A DNA stretch of 64,000 nt from Klebsormidium nitens (taxonomy: Eukaryota > Plantae > Klebsormidiophyceae). Positions 10,708 through 22,971 of the stretch are shown piece after piece. Position numbers and translations under genes: made by a program. The stretch lies in contig DF237405.1 of assembly GCA_000708835.1 (NCBI GenBank), positions 1-64,000 on the forward strand, in the 5' to 3' direction. Every line of letters begins with the position of its first letter. The stretch's first letter is position 1. The notes beneath the pieces are model-generated. The model did not search any database. It saw only the letters and a program-made list of their open reading frames with translations, and had not been told where the DNA came from.

Positions 10708-13700
10708 ATGGAGGCGGCTTGGAGTGGCGTGCTGGTGGGGGCGGCCACGGTGTTGCTGGGGTTCCTTGCGCTGGTTCTGCTATGGGGCAGCCGAGCGGCG
10801 GGGCCCACGACTGATGCAGCAGCGGCAAGGGCAGAGACGGCCAAAGCGGTCGCCCCCAAGAAGGGCGTGACGCATCACAAGGCGGCACCCCGGGTAGGCT
10901 GCATGATCGCCCTGCATGTGCGCGCCAGCCTGCTCCGCTCATACTTTGGCGCTCAATTGTGCGTGTGGCAATCCTGCCTCGATGCCTGACCCCGCCCTGT
11001 CGTGTGCACCTTTTCAGGCCCCTCTGGCGGCGCACCATGAGCACCACCCGCTGTGCATCAACACGCTCAAGGGCCATGGGGATGCTGTGCGCGGCCTGGC
11101 CTTCACCTCCGATGGGCGCGGCCTCGCCACAGGTGCCGCACATCGCTTGCACCACCCACCGCATCTGCATTCTGCCTGCCAGAGGGTGTTTGTTGCAGTT
11201 TGTTGCATTGGTAGATAAACTCCCCGCCTGTGTCAAGCTTTTCCTGTCGTCCTGTTTTTGGCGCATCACCGGAGTCTGCTTCTGAGTTTCGATCGAGCTG
11301 GCGCCACTTGATCGTAGCAGCACAGCCGTAGCGCCCAATTGTGGTGGTGGTTGAGCGCCGCCTGCTGTGTGTTTCCCTGCAGCCTGTGCGGACGGCTGTG
11401 TGCGCGTGTTCAAGTTGGAGGACCTGTATGCCAAGAGCTTCAAGTGCGCTCCTCCCCCCTCCATGTCAACTGGTGCCACACAAGTTGTTTTGTTAACTTG
11501 CGGTCCTCTGTCGCTCTGCCCCACTCTGACAGGGCTTGCTACCTCCCCCTGCCTTCACTGTGTTCTCTTGTTGTTGCCCGTCACTTGGCTGTCACCTTCC
11601 CTCCTTCTTCCCTGCTCCAGCCGCCTGCTGTTCCTCCAGGTTCTTGCGCATCAATCTGCCACCAGGCGAGATCCCGGTTGGAGTGGCCTTTGGGGAGGTC
11701 AGTTGCGGTGATCTTCTTGACTACGCCAGCTCCTGGAGCTTGCTTCAAGTGGACCGGCTAGCTGTGCTTTGCAACCCGCCTGCTTGCTTAGTGCAGCGTT
11801 TCGACTCTGTTGCCAGAGCCGGTGTTGCCAGAGCCGGCTGAGGTACCCTGTGCTCGCCTTCAGACCATGGCCGCATGTCATGCTAGCACCGTACTTTCCC
11901 TCTGCCCCCCCCTGGGACAGCTGGCCCCTACCTGAGGTGAGTATGTGGGTGTCTGGTGCGCAGGGCGCGTCGGAGCTGGTGGTGGGCGCGCAGAGCAGCA
12001 GCGGCGCCACGCTGAGCCTGTATGGGCAGGGCAGCGGCACCGCAGCGGCGCAGGCGCGCGAGCAGGGCAAGCTGCCGCCGCCGGAGGTGAAGTGGGCCAA
12101 GTCGCGTGTGCACGCGGACAAGGGCATCCTCACGCTGCACGGAGCGGCGGCCACAGCGGGGAGCGGGGACGGCACCGCCGTGGTGGCCTCGTGCTCAGAA
12201 GGTGAGGGGCCGCGGAGGAGACGAGGGGCAAGCTAGAAAGAGCAGGACAAAGCTGGCATTGGGGACTGCAGTCAGGGGATGGATGAGTGCCAGCTGCACT
12301 TATACTCTGCTGATTTAAAATTACAGTTTGGTCGTTTGTTGCTTGTGGAGAGGAGAGTATTAGTAGAGTCCAATCCCTTTGGATTGTGCTCGATTTGAGC
12401 CTTCTAGTTGCCCTTTACTCCGTAGAAAAGTGCAAACTTGTTGTGAACTTTTTGGTGGCATACCAATTGGAGCAATGTGGCAGCAGTTCGAGTGACTCCT
12501 TGCAGAAGCCCCTATGGTGATGCAACATGAGGGCCAACCTGGAAACACAGTCTCTGTTTAGAAGAGGAGCAACTGGGTCCAAATTCCAAGCACCGAGCTA
12601 CTAGTGCCATCATATGGTTACAGAACGTTGGGGCCGACGACGGCCAGCCCTTGCACTTGTGTAGTCTTTGAGGGGCCTGCTGCCAGTCCGCCCATACTGG
12701 GCGGAGGCGCTGAACGGTGCTTGGTGGTGCAGGGACGGACATTGCGCTGTTCCACGTGGCAGACGGCCGCGCCGTGGGCCGCGTGGACACAAGCCAGCTG
12801 CAGAACCACATGGCCAGCCTCTCCCCCGACGGCCGCTTCCTGGCAGCAGCCGCCTTCACCGCCGATGTCAAGGTGCGTGTACGCGCGCATCTTGTGGAGC
12901 CAGCACTGAGGGCCACAAGGGTGCACGCTTTGATGTCTGTACGAAGTCTTTCGTTTGTCGTCTGCTGAGGGTCGTTGGGCGTGTCCCTGGCATAATGGCA
13001 GCTCTCTGTCTGCGCAAGGCCTCTGCCGTATGCAGCCTTGGTGCCGGTCGTGTAGCTGGCGCTGCGGGGGTGTGGCGGAGCTGGTGGTGACAGGGTGTGG
13101 CTGCGGGGCTGCGCAGGTGTGGGAGCTGGTGCTCACCAAGGACGGCGCGGTGCGCGACGTGGCCAAGGTGATGCAGCTCAAGGGACACAAGGTGAGCGCG
13201 CACGCCACAGTCCCGCACGCACACCAAGAGCTGGCAGAATGGGGCGAAGAGCAGGCCAGCAAGTTGCGTCGACTGCTCAGCCTGTCTTTATGTGGACCAT
13301 CACTGCGGCTCTGCTGGCAGCCTCACCGCGTGCTGCTTAATGTAGCGATACCGCAGACTGTCCGAAGCATTTCTTGTTGCATGCAGGGTGCGGTTTATTG
13401 GCTGTCGTTCACGGACGATTCGAAGCGCATTGTCACGTCGTCCAAGGACGGCACGATCAAAGTATGGAATATTGATGGTGAGGAGGGCGCCCTGAAGTGC
13501 GTAGAGGAATCGAAGCACTGCTTTGTGGCCAGATATTCAATGATAGACGTGAGACACACGCGGTGACATCTACGAAGACGTGTCCTTTTCTATAGTGGGC
13601 GCAGGCCATGCATGGACAAGCCCGATCACGGCATTTAAAGTCCCTCACAAAAGCGCCGTCCGAAATCGAGACCGTTCATCATGTGACGCCGTCCAAGATA

Positions 13701-14512
13701 GCGCTGACGTCCGCTCACTTTAAGCTCGGCATCTCCTCATGGTCGACTCTCAAAGACGAGCAATCAGCCGCAATTATCACTGGCTACCGCCTGCTTGGTC
13801 CCGGAGATCCGCAGCCGTTCGGGTGCTCTGACCGTCCGTCCGTTGCTGCTGCAGTGCGGTACCAGCTGGACGAGGACCCCCGCTGCCTGGCCACGTTCCC
13901 GTGCGGCCTGCCCGCCGTGGGCAAGGCGCCGCCCCACTACGACCGGATCGCGGTGGCGCCGGGGGGCGCCCTGCTGGCGGCGGCCGCGGGGCACACGCTG
14001 CACTGGCTGGACCTGCGGACGGGCGCAGTGCTGGAGCGCGCAGAGCACGCACACGAGGGTGAGCCACCGAGGGGGAGCAGGCGTGCACCGGGAACTGGGT
14101 GCCAGCAGCGGTGCGAGCTGCTTGTCGACGGGAGATGCTTGTCCGGGGTTGCCGTTCGTACGGCCTGCTTCCGTCTCACGCCCCTCATTTGTTTTGCTTG
14201 TGCAGGGGAGATCAGCTGCCTGGCATGGGCCCCGCAGCCGCGAGGTAGGCGCGCCTGCTCTGCTGTGATTACTCCTCTCTGATCGAGTCTTGTGTACCAC
14301 CCTACGGCCGTTAGCTCATTGCAAGAAATTGAGAACGTCCTGACGTTGTGCTGATGGACAGGTGTGGGCATGGCCGTTCCATCAACTGTGATACAAAAGT
14401 CGTAATGCTTTCTTCGTTCCTCCATGCAGGAGCTCTAATTCTAGCAACGGGCAGCACTGACAAGAAAGTGAAGCTTTGGAAAGCCCCGCCAGTAGATGGG
14501 GAATCGAAGTAG
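10708..14512 (+). CDS. TBL2: Transducin beta-like protein 2 homolog (N-terminal TM anchor plus WD40 repeats), multi-exon
   Basis: Starts with a hydrophobic anchor MEAAWSGVLVGAATVLLGFLALVLLWG, then HHEHHPLCINTLKGHGDAVRGLAFTSDG, ACADGCVRVFKLED, VDTSQLQNHMASLSPDGRFLAAAAFTADVKVWE, MQLKGHK, SSKDGTIKVWNID, RYQLDEDPRCL and ATGSTDKKVKLWKAP, all typical of TBL2. Confidence 0.9.
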
Positions 14513-16075
14513 GACAAACAGCCCTCCACTTTACTTAGTAGAGGGCAGAGGAATGAAGTTTGAGAGCTGCATATGGTCATGCTTTGCTTTGTTCTAACGA
14601 TGGGTTTGACCTTATGCGAATGAAGCAATGAAGCCGAGCACCTAGATTTTCTGATCCAGCCTTGCCAAGTGCTAATACACAATGTTTGAAGGATGCTGCA
14701 AATGACTCAAAGAGTATCTGTAGTCGCTGTAAGCAAGTTTGGCTAAGTTTTGTATGCTTGTGAGTTGAGTCACGTTGCAATCTCTTGACCTCAGTTGAGC
14801 TGGATCTTGTGGTTTAAATGGGCACGCCGCATTCAACGTCACCTATCTCTAATTGAATAGCAATTTGACCTAGTTCAGTCGAGTTCTAGCTGTAGGCCTT
14901 GCTAGGCATGTAATGCAAGCTAGCTGTGCAATTGACTAGCATGATGATGCAAGCACATACTGGTCATAGTAATGGTTTTTTGCGATGCTGTAGCGCTACT
15001 GCAGCGCGGCCTGCCATTTTCTTAGTTCTCATGTGTTTGTTTGGAACACGATATTTTTAGCGGATCTGTTCCTCATGCGGCCAATGATCAGCGACAGATT
15101 CGATCGACTGTGTTGCACACACATATTCGACGCAACTGAGCTACAGTAGGCTAGGCATGACATATTGCTCTTGTGCTCAGTAGGCAACATGACGCTGTTG
15201 TTCAGGTTTATCACAGTTCTATCGGATCTACACATATCATTCTATATCTACCATTCACATTTCGAAAAGATCATTGTTTTTCCTTTCATGGCAGTTCCGT
15301 TCGCCTGACTTGCGCATACAAGAATGCGACGGAAGATCTATTTTGGCGAGAAGTATTTTGGCACTTTCAAACAGTAGGTTCTCTCTCCATTGAAAGCTCC
15401 ACAAGGCAATGTTTCCAATCGACCTCATTATTGGCTGAGGACGTGCCTTGCGCATTCGCTTACATGCTAGCTTGTAAGCGTCTTCAAGTTGCTAAGTTGC
15501 CTTGCTAGGTCAGCAACTTAAGCATGCCCGCATTCGAAGACATTCGACACAAGTTCATCGGACCGCCAAGATTGACGCTTCACATTCCGATCGACGGATC
15601 GAAAAGTTTCACTCGTCACATCTTGACAGGTGATTGCAGCCTTCGATTGGCGAATCGACGGCGCTGCGTGACTACGCGAGTGATTTACGGTGACTCGTCC
15701 GATCGGACCGGACCCGGCGCCTCGGTTGGCGTCTAGTTGCAGTCAACGGCGTCAACTTACGTAGCATTTTTCCAATCAAATAGGGCGATACGAATGCAGG
15801 CAGCAGGCGCCTTTGGCAATCGAGCCGACGTAAGGAACTGTTATGGTGACAAAGAAGTGCCGCTACCACACGACGTTATGTCTCTGATCCTCGGCAACCG
15901 GTGAGGTATCGTTGGGGAGCACATCAGGTCATGGCACATATAGAAGCCGTGAGTGGGATCGAAAGGGCTAGCATCCCGCTAGCATCAGCACGACAAGCCC
16001 TGCTTCTTTAACGCCGGTATCATTCTGAGTGGTGCTTTCTGTCTCGAAGGGTCGAGCACTTGTTTCAGATGAAAG

Positions 16076-17521
16076 ATGTCGAGCAAGGTTGACTATAGTC
16101 GGGGACGCCCCTTCTCTCGGCCAGTCCTCATGTCGCGCTGCCTCCTGGTGTGCCAGCTGGGCCTGCTCTTCGCGGCCCTCTCCGCCGTGCAGGCCGTCCA
16201 CGACACCGTGCAAGAATGGGTGGCCCTCGCACTGGGCGGGCAGCCCCTGCGCCGGGCCGCGGGCCTGGCCGTACTAGTGTCTGAGGCTCTCGCAGGCCGC
16301 TTCAGCGGCAGCCCCGCCGCGAGCGTGGCGGGGTCGGCCGCGGCAGAGGGGGGCATGCGCGTGCTGCTGGTGCAGGTGGCCTCCCAGCTAGCGGGGCCGG
16401 CCGCGGTTTGGCTGCTGGCGTGCGCCCTGCTCGCACTGCAGCTGCGCACAACAGGGCTGCCACGCACCGCCTTCTCCGCTGGCCCAAGGAAGGCCCGAGC
16501 TGATGGGCTCTTAACAACATCAAACTTCGACTGTGTTGTCCGCCCCAGAGCAACCGTTGAACCTGCTGACGATTGTTTGAGTCTGGCGAGCGGGCAGGGA
16601 AAGGAGCAGTCCACCGGTACTCTTGCAATGGAGAAGAGTAGGCCTGAAGCTCGACTGCACAGATTGATTCACGGGACGACCAGACAAGAATGGAACATTT
16701 GTAACACGTTTGGCGACGGTTTGTCGAGCCCGTCCAGCTACGACCTAGGGGAGGTGCTCGACGAAACGTCCAAGTCTGGAGTGGGCGATGCGGGGGATAC
16801 TGCTGTCCCATGCCCTGCGGTGCGCCCGCCCTTCCACACCCGCTCCAACGCAAGGGCCATCCGTGCGGCGGCCCGCCTCCTGGTGCATGTGCTGGGGCGA
16901 ATGCAGCCCGCGGACGTGCTCCTGCCGTACCGTCCGCTGCGCTGTGCGCGCCTCCTCCTGGGTGTCCCGCTGGCGGCATCGGCGGGCCAGCTGGCGTGGG
17001 TGGCCGTGTCGGGCAGCGTGGTGTGCGCGGCGCTGGGCCTGCTGCCGCTGTACCCGGGGGCGGACGGCGGCCGCCTGCTGTGCGCCGTGCTGGGCAGCCC
17101 CCCCGCGTATTGGGCGGGGCTGGCCGTACCGTGCAGCAGAGTGGAGCACGCGCAGCGGTTGTGGGCAGGTGCTGCAGTGACACTGCTGACGTTGTGGGAC
17201 GTGGCGCAGCTGGGGGCCGAGGCCTGGGCCAGGCCGCCCTGGTTGTGCCACAAGCGGAGGCGACCCTGCGAGCCCGCTGTCGACTTCCCGGAGCCTGGCT
17301 CGTCAGGTGTGGGCGAGGAGAGTGCGGGGCGGTGGCGAGCGCCCCGGTGTGCATGCGGGGCCCCCATGGTGTTGCGGTCCGTGTGCCACCGGAAGGGAAC
17401 CGGCGCATGCCAATACGATGGGGGCACCAGCAGGCGGGCGGATGTTGGCAGCGCCTCGACGTACTTCCTGAGGAGGGCGGGGCCAGGCGCAGAGTGTTGG
17501 CAACAGCGTCCGTGCTCATAG
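16076..17521 (+). CDS. Intronless multi-pass membrane protein resembling a degenerate peptidase M50 (site-2 protease), with a Cys-rich C-terminal tail
   Basis: 481-codon ORF (second ATG at 16130) with several hydrophobic segments. HDTVQEWVALALG, LAGPAAVWLLA and LGLLPLYPGADGGRLL occur in the order of the M50 motifs HExxH..A...G, AGPxxN and NLLPxxPLDGGR. Confidence 0.65.
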   Translation: MSSKVDYSRGRPFSRPVLMSRCLLVCQLGLLFAALSAVQAVHDTVQEWVALALGGQPLRRAAGLAVLVSEALAGRFSGSPAASVAGSAAAEGGMRVLLVQVASQLAGPAAVWLLACALLALQLRTTGLPRTAFSAGPRKARADGLLTTSNFDCVVRPRATVEPADDCLSLASGQGKEQSTGTLAMEKSRPEARLHRLIHGTTRQEWNICNTFGDGLSSPSSYDLGEVLDETSKSGVGDAGDTAVPCPAVRPPFHTRSNARAIRAAARLLVHVLGRMQPADVLLPYRPLRCARLLLGVPLAASAGQLAWVAVSGSVVCAALGLLPLYPGADGGRLLCAVLGSPPAYWAGLAVPCSRVEHAQRLWAGAAVTLLTLWDVAQLGAEAWARPPWLCHKRRRPCEPAVDFPEPGSSGVGEESAGRWRAPRCACGAPMVLRSVCHRKGTGACQYDGGTSRRADVGSASTYFLRRAGPGAECWQQRPCS

Positions 17522-18647
17522 GCAGGAGGCTGCGGCCATTGGTTGGAAATCTTGGAGTAGTTGTTAAAGCCCTTTGAGCATGCTGCAGTCGAATAAGGAA
17601 GCCAAACGGTCGAAGTCTCTACGACCCCCTCAGATTGGTTAGTTGTCTGCACGTCGTCGAAGTTCGAAAGAAAGGCGCGATCTTCTCTACATTTGAGCCT
17701 CTCGCACGAGTACTCTACAAAACAATGCGCAAAAGAAGGGTAATGTCTGGGCCTCGTTGGACAGTCTGCGCAGATACCAGACCAAATGCGGTTTGCAATG
17801 AGTGCATGACTGCTACCAAAAGCGGACTGTCCTTGCTCGCTCGCCATATAGCAACACGACGCTGCAGGCGCAAGTCATTCACCTATTCTGTAATTCAAAA
17901 GCGCACGTACTCAGTGGGTTATTGATGCATTGGCATGCCTGATCCCGTATCCATGAAAATGTCTGTCCGATTACCAGTATAGTATAGGTACAAGAGATAG
18001 ATGGGTGCTGGTGCCGCTCCTATTTCGTTTCTGGTTACCGGGAGCAACGTCGTTCTGGAAGGTCTTCAAATTGCATGATCGATGTGGTTAAGAAGCATGT
18101 GCAAACTTATCTCACAGTGGAGATGAGAATGAAGCAATCCAAACAAAAAGTTTATAGTGGAAAGCTATGACCAAAACGCGCGGCATAGGGACAGTGGTCA
18201 ACATTTCGAGCCAAATATCATAGTCGACCTCCAAGAGCGAAGCTGCAGTCAGCAAGTTGCTCATGGACTCGACATTCAAGCCATTCAACGTCAGCATGTG
18301 CCTCGCGGTTGTGGTAAAAAATGGTCTTAGTTCGCTTACAACCTGTCAATTGTAGACTATCTGAACAGAACACCTCTGCGTGCCACGTCGATCAACAATT
18401 TCATGTGCCAGAACTCTGATAGCAGACCAATCCTGTCGTACTGCAGGCGCTGATTTGTTTGACGAGGTACAGTAGCTGTGCTCTCATCAGACCACCTAAC
18501 CAGACACGAAGACAAGATATGCAGCCTCAGTGCCGACTACATCAACGTCGCAGGCACTCCCATCTGGACCCCAAGCCCAGGGGTGACGCGTTCCTTATTC
18601 ACGGGCAATCGGCCCTTCGCATGCGGGAGGGCCTTCCTGGCCGGCGG

Positions 18648-21600
18648 TCATAAGGGCCGGGTGTCCATGGGATAGCTGCCCAGAACCCGCAGAAAAGGGG
18701 CGATCTCCTGCACAGCCGTGAGGTCCATTGTCGTCAGCTTGCGTTACGCGTGAGCAGGGACGACAGCCACCTACGGACCAGCCGGCAGAGAGTGCTCCGA
18801 CAGTTTCGCACCAAGGACGGGTTTGCCAGAGGTCCCTGCTGCCTCAGCCTGCAGGCCTGCCCTGCTGCATGCTGAGTCTGCTGTCTGGTCCGGCGGAGTG
18901 CTCACCTGGAGGTGGCGCAGCGCATTCTGGGCCCGCTCCTCGGCCATGCTGGCCATGAAGTCGATGTAGAACAGGAACTGAAACGCCCTGCACCGCAAGC
19001 ACGCACGGCCGCTGTCAGCCATACGACTGACAGAATCTCAGCAACTGACGGGAAAGACGAAGTGTCAAAAACGTGCATGCGGGAGCTGGCGGGGATAGTC
19101 AGCGTCGGCTAACAAAAGAGGCCAGTGTGGTTGGGAGGGGGGCCTTACTTGGTGGAGGTCTGGTTGCGGAGGTCCTGCACGACCTGGAGGGGCTTGGCGC
19201 GCTGCGGCCGACTCTCAATCTGCATGCGAAACCCCGTGTGCAGTTCAGGCACAGCATCACGCGACGAGTAGACAACAAGCGCAGCTGCAGACATCAGGCA
19301 GCAGGTTCAGGGCCTACGACAGGCGGCCCGGTCGTCGACTGTGACGGCCGGGCCACAGTGCGGGCTGCGCGCTGACCTTGGTGAGGTTGATGTCGCGCAG
19401 CGAGAAGACGGCCAGCGCCTTGAAGAGGGCGCCCGGGGCCTCCTCCAAGGTGAACACGATGCTCGTCTGTCAAGCAGGCACGCCACAACAAACAGGCGTC
19501 AGCCGCAGGGAAATTACGAGAAGAAGGGCAAGGCAGGCGAACGCACGTGGGACTGTTCCGCTGCCAGACACGGGCACAAGGGTCTCGCCCTGCTGAGCGA
19601 CATGATACTTTCTACGACGATGAATGGACTGCTAACATCGATCCTACGATCGCTGGGTCTTCAAAAGGAGAGAGGAGCAGGATATGAGGTTGTGCAGTTG
19701 CGGCGTGGTTAGGCCGCAGCGGTGGTGGGCAGTACCTTGTAGGGCACGCCCAGGCGCGGGATGTGCTGGTCGCGGGCCAGCATGAGGAAGCGAGTCACGT
19801 TGTCGGCCTCGTCCTGCACAGGCCACCGCAGGGAGGGCGGTCAGCAGCCGGGCGATTCGTGAAACAGGAAGCAGAAGGCTCCCGTCTTGACGAGTAGCGG
19901 CAACTCCGAGCTGGGCCGTCCGCCACCGGGTGGAAGCGACATACGAAGCAGCACGTATCCACTCTGAAACATTCCGTTGAGGCCTGAAGCATTAGTGGGG
20001 TCTAGATCTGAGCAGGTTCGAGTGATAAGCGGATTGTATGCCTTCAAGGATGACGAAAGAAGTATGTCTCAGCCGATTCGATTATATTTTCGTACAGCTG
20101 CAAATCAAAGATCGACCAGCGGCGGAGACTGGCAGAGTCGTCGCTGTGTGTACGCAGGAGGCCGTGTATGCCTGCCTTACCTGGACCCCCTCTGCCAATA
20201 CGTCCAACCCGTATATTTCGCCCGCACGCCGGCTGGCAATCGCCCCCGCGTCGGTCCACCCCTCCTGGGCGATCAGCTGCACGCGCCAAGCACACGGAGT
20301 CAGGCATACCTCGGAAGTCGAGACAGCCGTCCTCCCTATGAGCAGGGGGCCTCCTGTGTGATGTTGTGAGAGCGATGCCTGGACGGCCCCTGCCAGGAGG
20401 GCGGAGCTGCAACCTGTTACCTGGAGAAGCATCCTTCACCGCCCTGCCCTAATTGCCGGCGAACTGTCGGCAATTGTCTTGCAAGAGCACCTTGTGGTTG
20501 TCCCTCACCTGCGCAGAGCCTGCGGTGTCGGCTGCGGCCTCCCTGATGACCCCCAGCGCGGACAGGTAGCCCTCCGTCTGGGCGAGGGCCTGCGGGTGGC
20601 TGAGCACGCGCTTGAGGTCCTCCTTGCGCACGCCCGGCAGCGCCAGCAGGCAGTGGTTCACCGGGAAGTTGACCTGCGCACAACGCCGCCATCGCCACAT
20701 CAACCAGTGCACCGCCACACCAGCAAGGGAGCCTTACTTATTGACGAGCTACATTGTCGAAAGTTACTTAAGAAGCAGGACGTTGCACCCAAGCTCAATC
20801 TGAGTGATTTGTTCGAATTCTTTGGCTTGACAGATGCCCTGAGAGAAGTGACAGTGCACCACCTTCCAATCAATCTCCGCCCTATGAAAAGCGCCTGTTT
20901 CCGAGGAACTCGCCCGGAGTGTGCAAGTTCATGCGTTGCTCACGACCAGCCTTGACCCGCAGCCAGTGATTGCGGGCTACTAAACCAGAGGCTGCCCCCC
21001 AAAAAGCAGACATGTGATCATTGAATTAGGATCTGCCGGCCAGTGGCCAGACGGGGCGGCAGGCGCTGCGCTGCTTGCCTCGCCCACAATGTAGAGGCGG
21101 TGGCGCATGAGCAGGTCGTAGTTGCGGTGGATGCTCCCCCCCAGGGAGTTCTCAATGGGCAGCACCGCGCGGTCCACCAGCCACAGCTCCACCGCCTGCA
21201 AGCCACGTGGCGGCAGAAGACCGTCACAGGGGCCAACAGCAAAGATCTATCGGCAAACAAGACACTTCTCCATCTCCCAATGCGAAAATGTCTCAAATGC
21301 CAGCATGGGAACGTGAGGAGGCCTATAGCAGGGCCAGGCGCTGGGGGACAGAGCAGGCAGCCCGGTGGTGGCGCACCTGAAAGGCGGCATCAAACTGCTC
21401 ACACGGCACCGCTTCGCACCCGGGGAAGGCATCATATGCAGCTGCCTCGCTGTAAGCCCCCGCGGCACCCTGGACAAGAAACCAGGTTGAGGATAAGCAG
21501 ACGCAAGGACAGGGAGAGCAATGCAGGGAGGCGTGCAAGAGCCCTTCAACAAGATGGTCCGTTCCTTATGAGATACCTGTGCGACTTCGTACCTCTCAGG

Positions 21601-22386
21601 CTCGCAAGCGGCACAACACAACGTAAGCCCACTCTCATGGCAGGGGCACCCACTCTCATCAACAGCTGGATCAGCACGAAGTCAAGCACGACCATACCTG
21701 GTACGCCACCCGCAATTGCCCCGTCCTGTTGATGTTGCTTTGATTGGTGGACAGAGGTTCTGGAGACGTCCCAGCAACACAGCGACAGAGAGCTGTCAGT
21801 GGCAGGGCCCATCGGAGGAGGCAGCCAGCTGCGGCACCAACAGTGGCGCAAAGATGGACGAGACATAGATCTGGCAGCACTGGCCTAGCTCATCATGCCG
21901 CACCTCGGTTCGCTTTTCAAATCATGTGGAAGCAGACAATCACGTCACAACGCTGCTTATGCGCCCTCAGCGTGGTGCAGTTAGATACGACTCACTGGGC
22001 AGGTGGGCGGGCGTCTGCAGGCGCTGGTCTTCAGGTCCCCCGGCACCCTTTTCTAGTGCATCCTGACTGACACTTGCTGGCTGCGCCTCTTCCCCGCCAC
22101 TTGTGCTTGCAACACTCCTGCTCCGCAGCGTATCTTTCCTACCATCCAAGTCCTCATTGCCCTGATACCGCCATTGCCATGCTTGGATGGATTCCATGCT
22201 CAATTGTCTGGGCTGGACCGCGGTGGCAGCTCTCGGAGGGGTCATCCGCTGCCGTGCAAGCTTCCACTCAGTGGCCGCTGACTTGCTTGATGATCCCAAC
22301 GGCCTTTCTGCGAAACTATCCCGGAATGGACTGGAGAAGACGAACGATGATGGACACAACTCCGCTGAAATGCAGGCGGCCTCCAT
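18648..22386 (-). CDS. ADT: Arogenate/prephenate dehydratase with a probable plastid transit peptide, about 10 exons
   Basis: Exons give [129 protein letters not shown] and [11 protein letters not shown]. Confidence 0.96.
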
Positions 22387-22971
22387 GAAGAAGCTCCTCT
22401 GAATACTTGACTCGACTCAAAAGAAGAAATAAAAAGAACCAGTTCTCTTCAAACATTTCCAAAGCCAGCCCGGCCATGCATTGCGCTAATTCAATGCAAG
22501 GCTGCGCATGCTGCTGTTCCCGGTTGTCTCTAACCGGGCAGAATACTGCCCCAGTGGGTGCTGGAAGCCTGCCCCGGTCGCTGCTAAGACATACCGGTAC
22601 ACGATCATGCAGCTTGCAAGACAGCATTCCACCGAAGTCCCACCTGGCCACCTCACCACAGCCCTGACGCAGCGCAAGCAACCAGTCTGAGTTGGCAAGC
22701 TGCTACACAAGCCTGCTTGCGCCACTGAATTTTAGCCCTACCTCCGCAAGGCGCTTCCCTGAGTATCCTGCTGCCTCTTGGGAGAGGTTGTTTTGTAAGT
22801 GCACTGCCACAGGCAAGGTTTATTCCTGGCGGCAGCTTCAGGCGAGCTCGTTGTTAGAGAGCTCTTGCAGGGGCAGCTGGGGCTGATTCATTGTTGAGCA
22901 ACTCAGGCGGACTGGTGTTTGGTTGCTCATTGTGGTGGCTTTTCTGAGTGGGAGCAGCTTTGGAAGGCGCC

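Noticed and set aside
11808-11837. Exact 15-bp tandem duplication in a TBL2 intron
   Set aside because: A simple local duplication with no evident function.
16302-17847. Minus-strand ORFs of 405 and 369 aa opposite the M50-like gene
   Set aside because: Antisense shadow ORFs in GC-rich coding DNA with no recognisable motifs.
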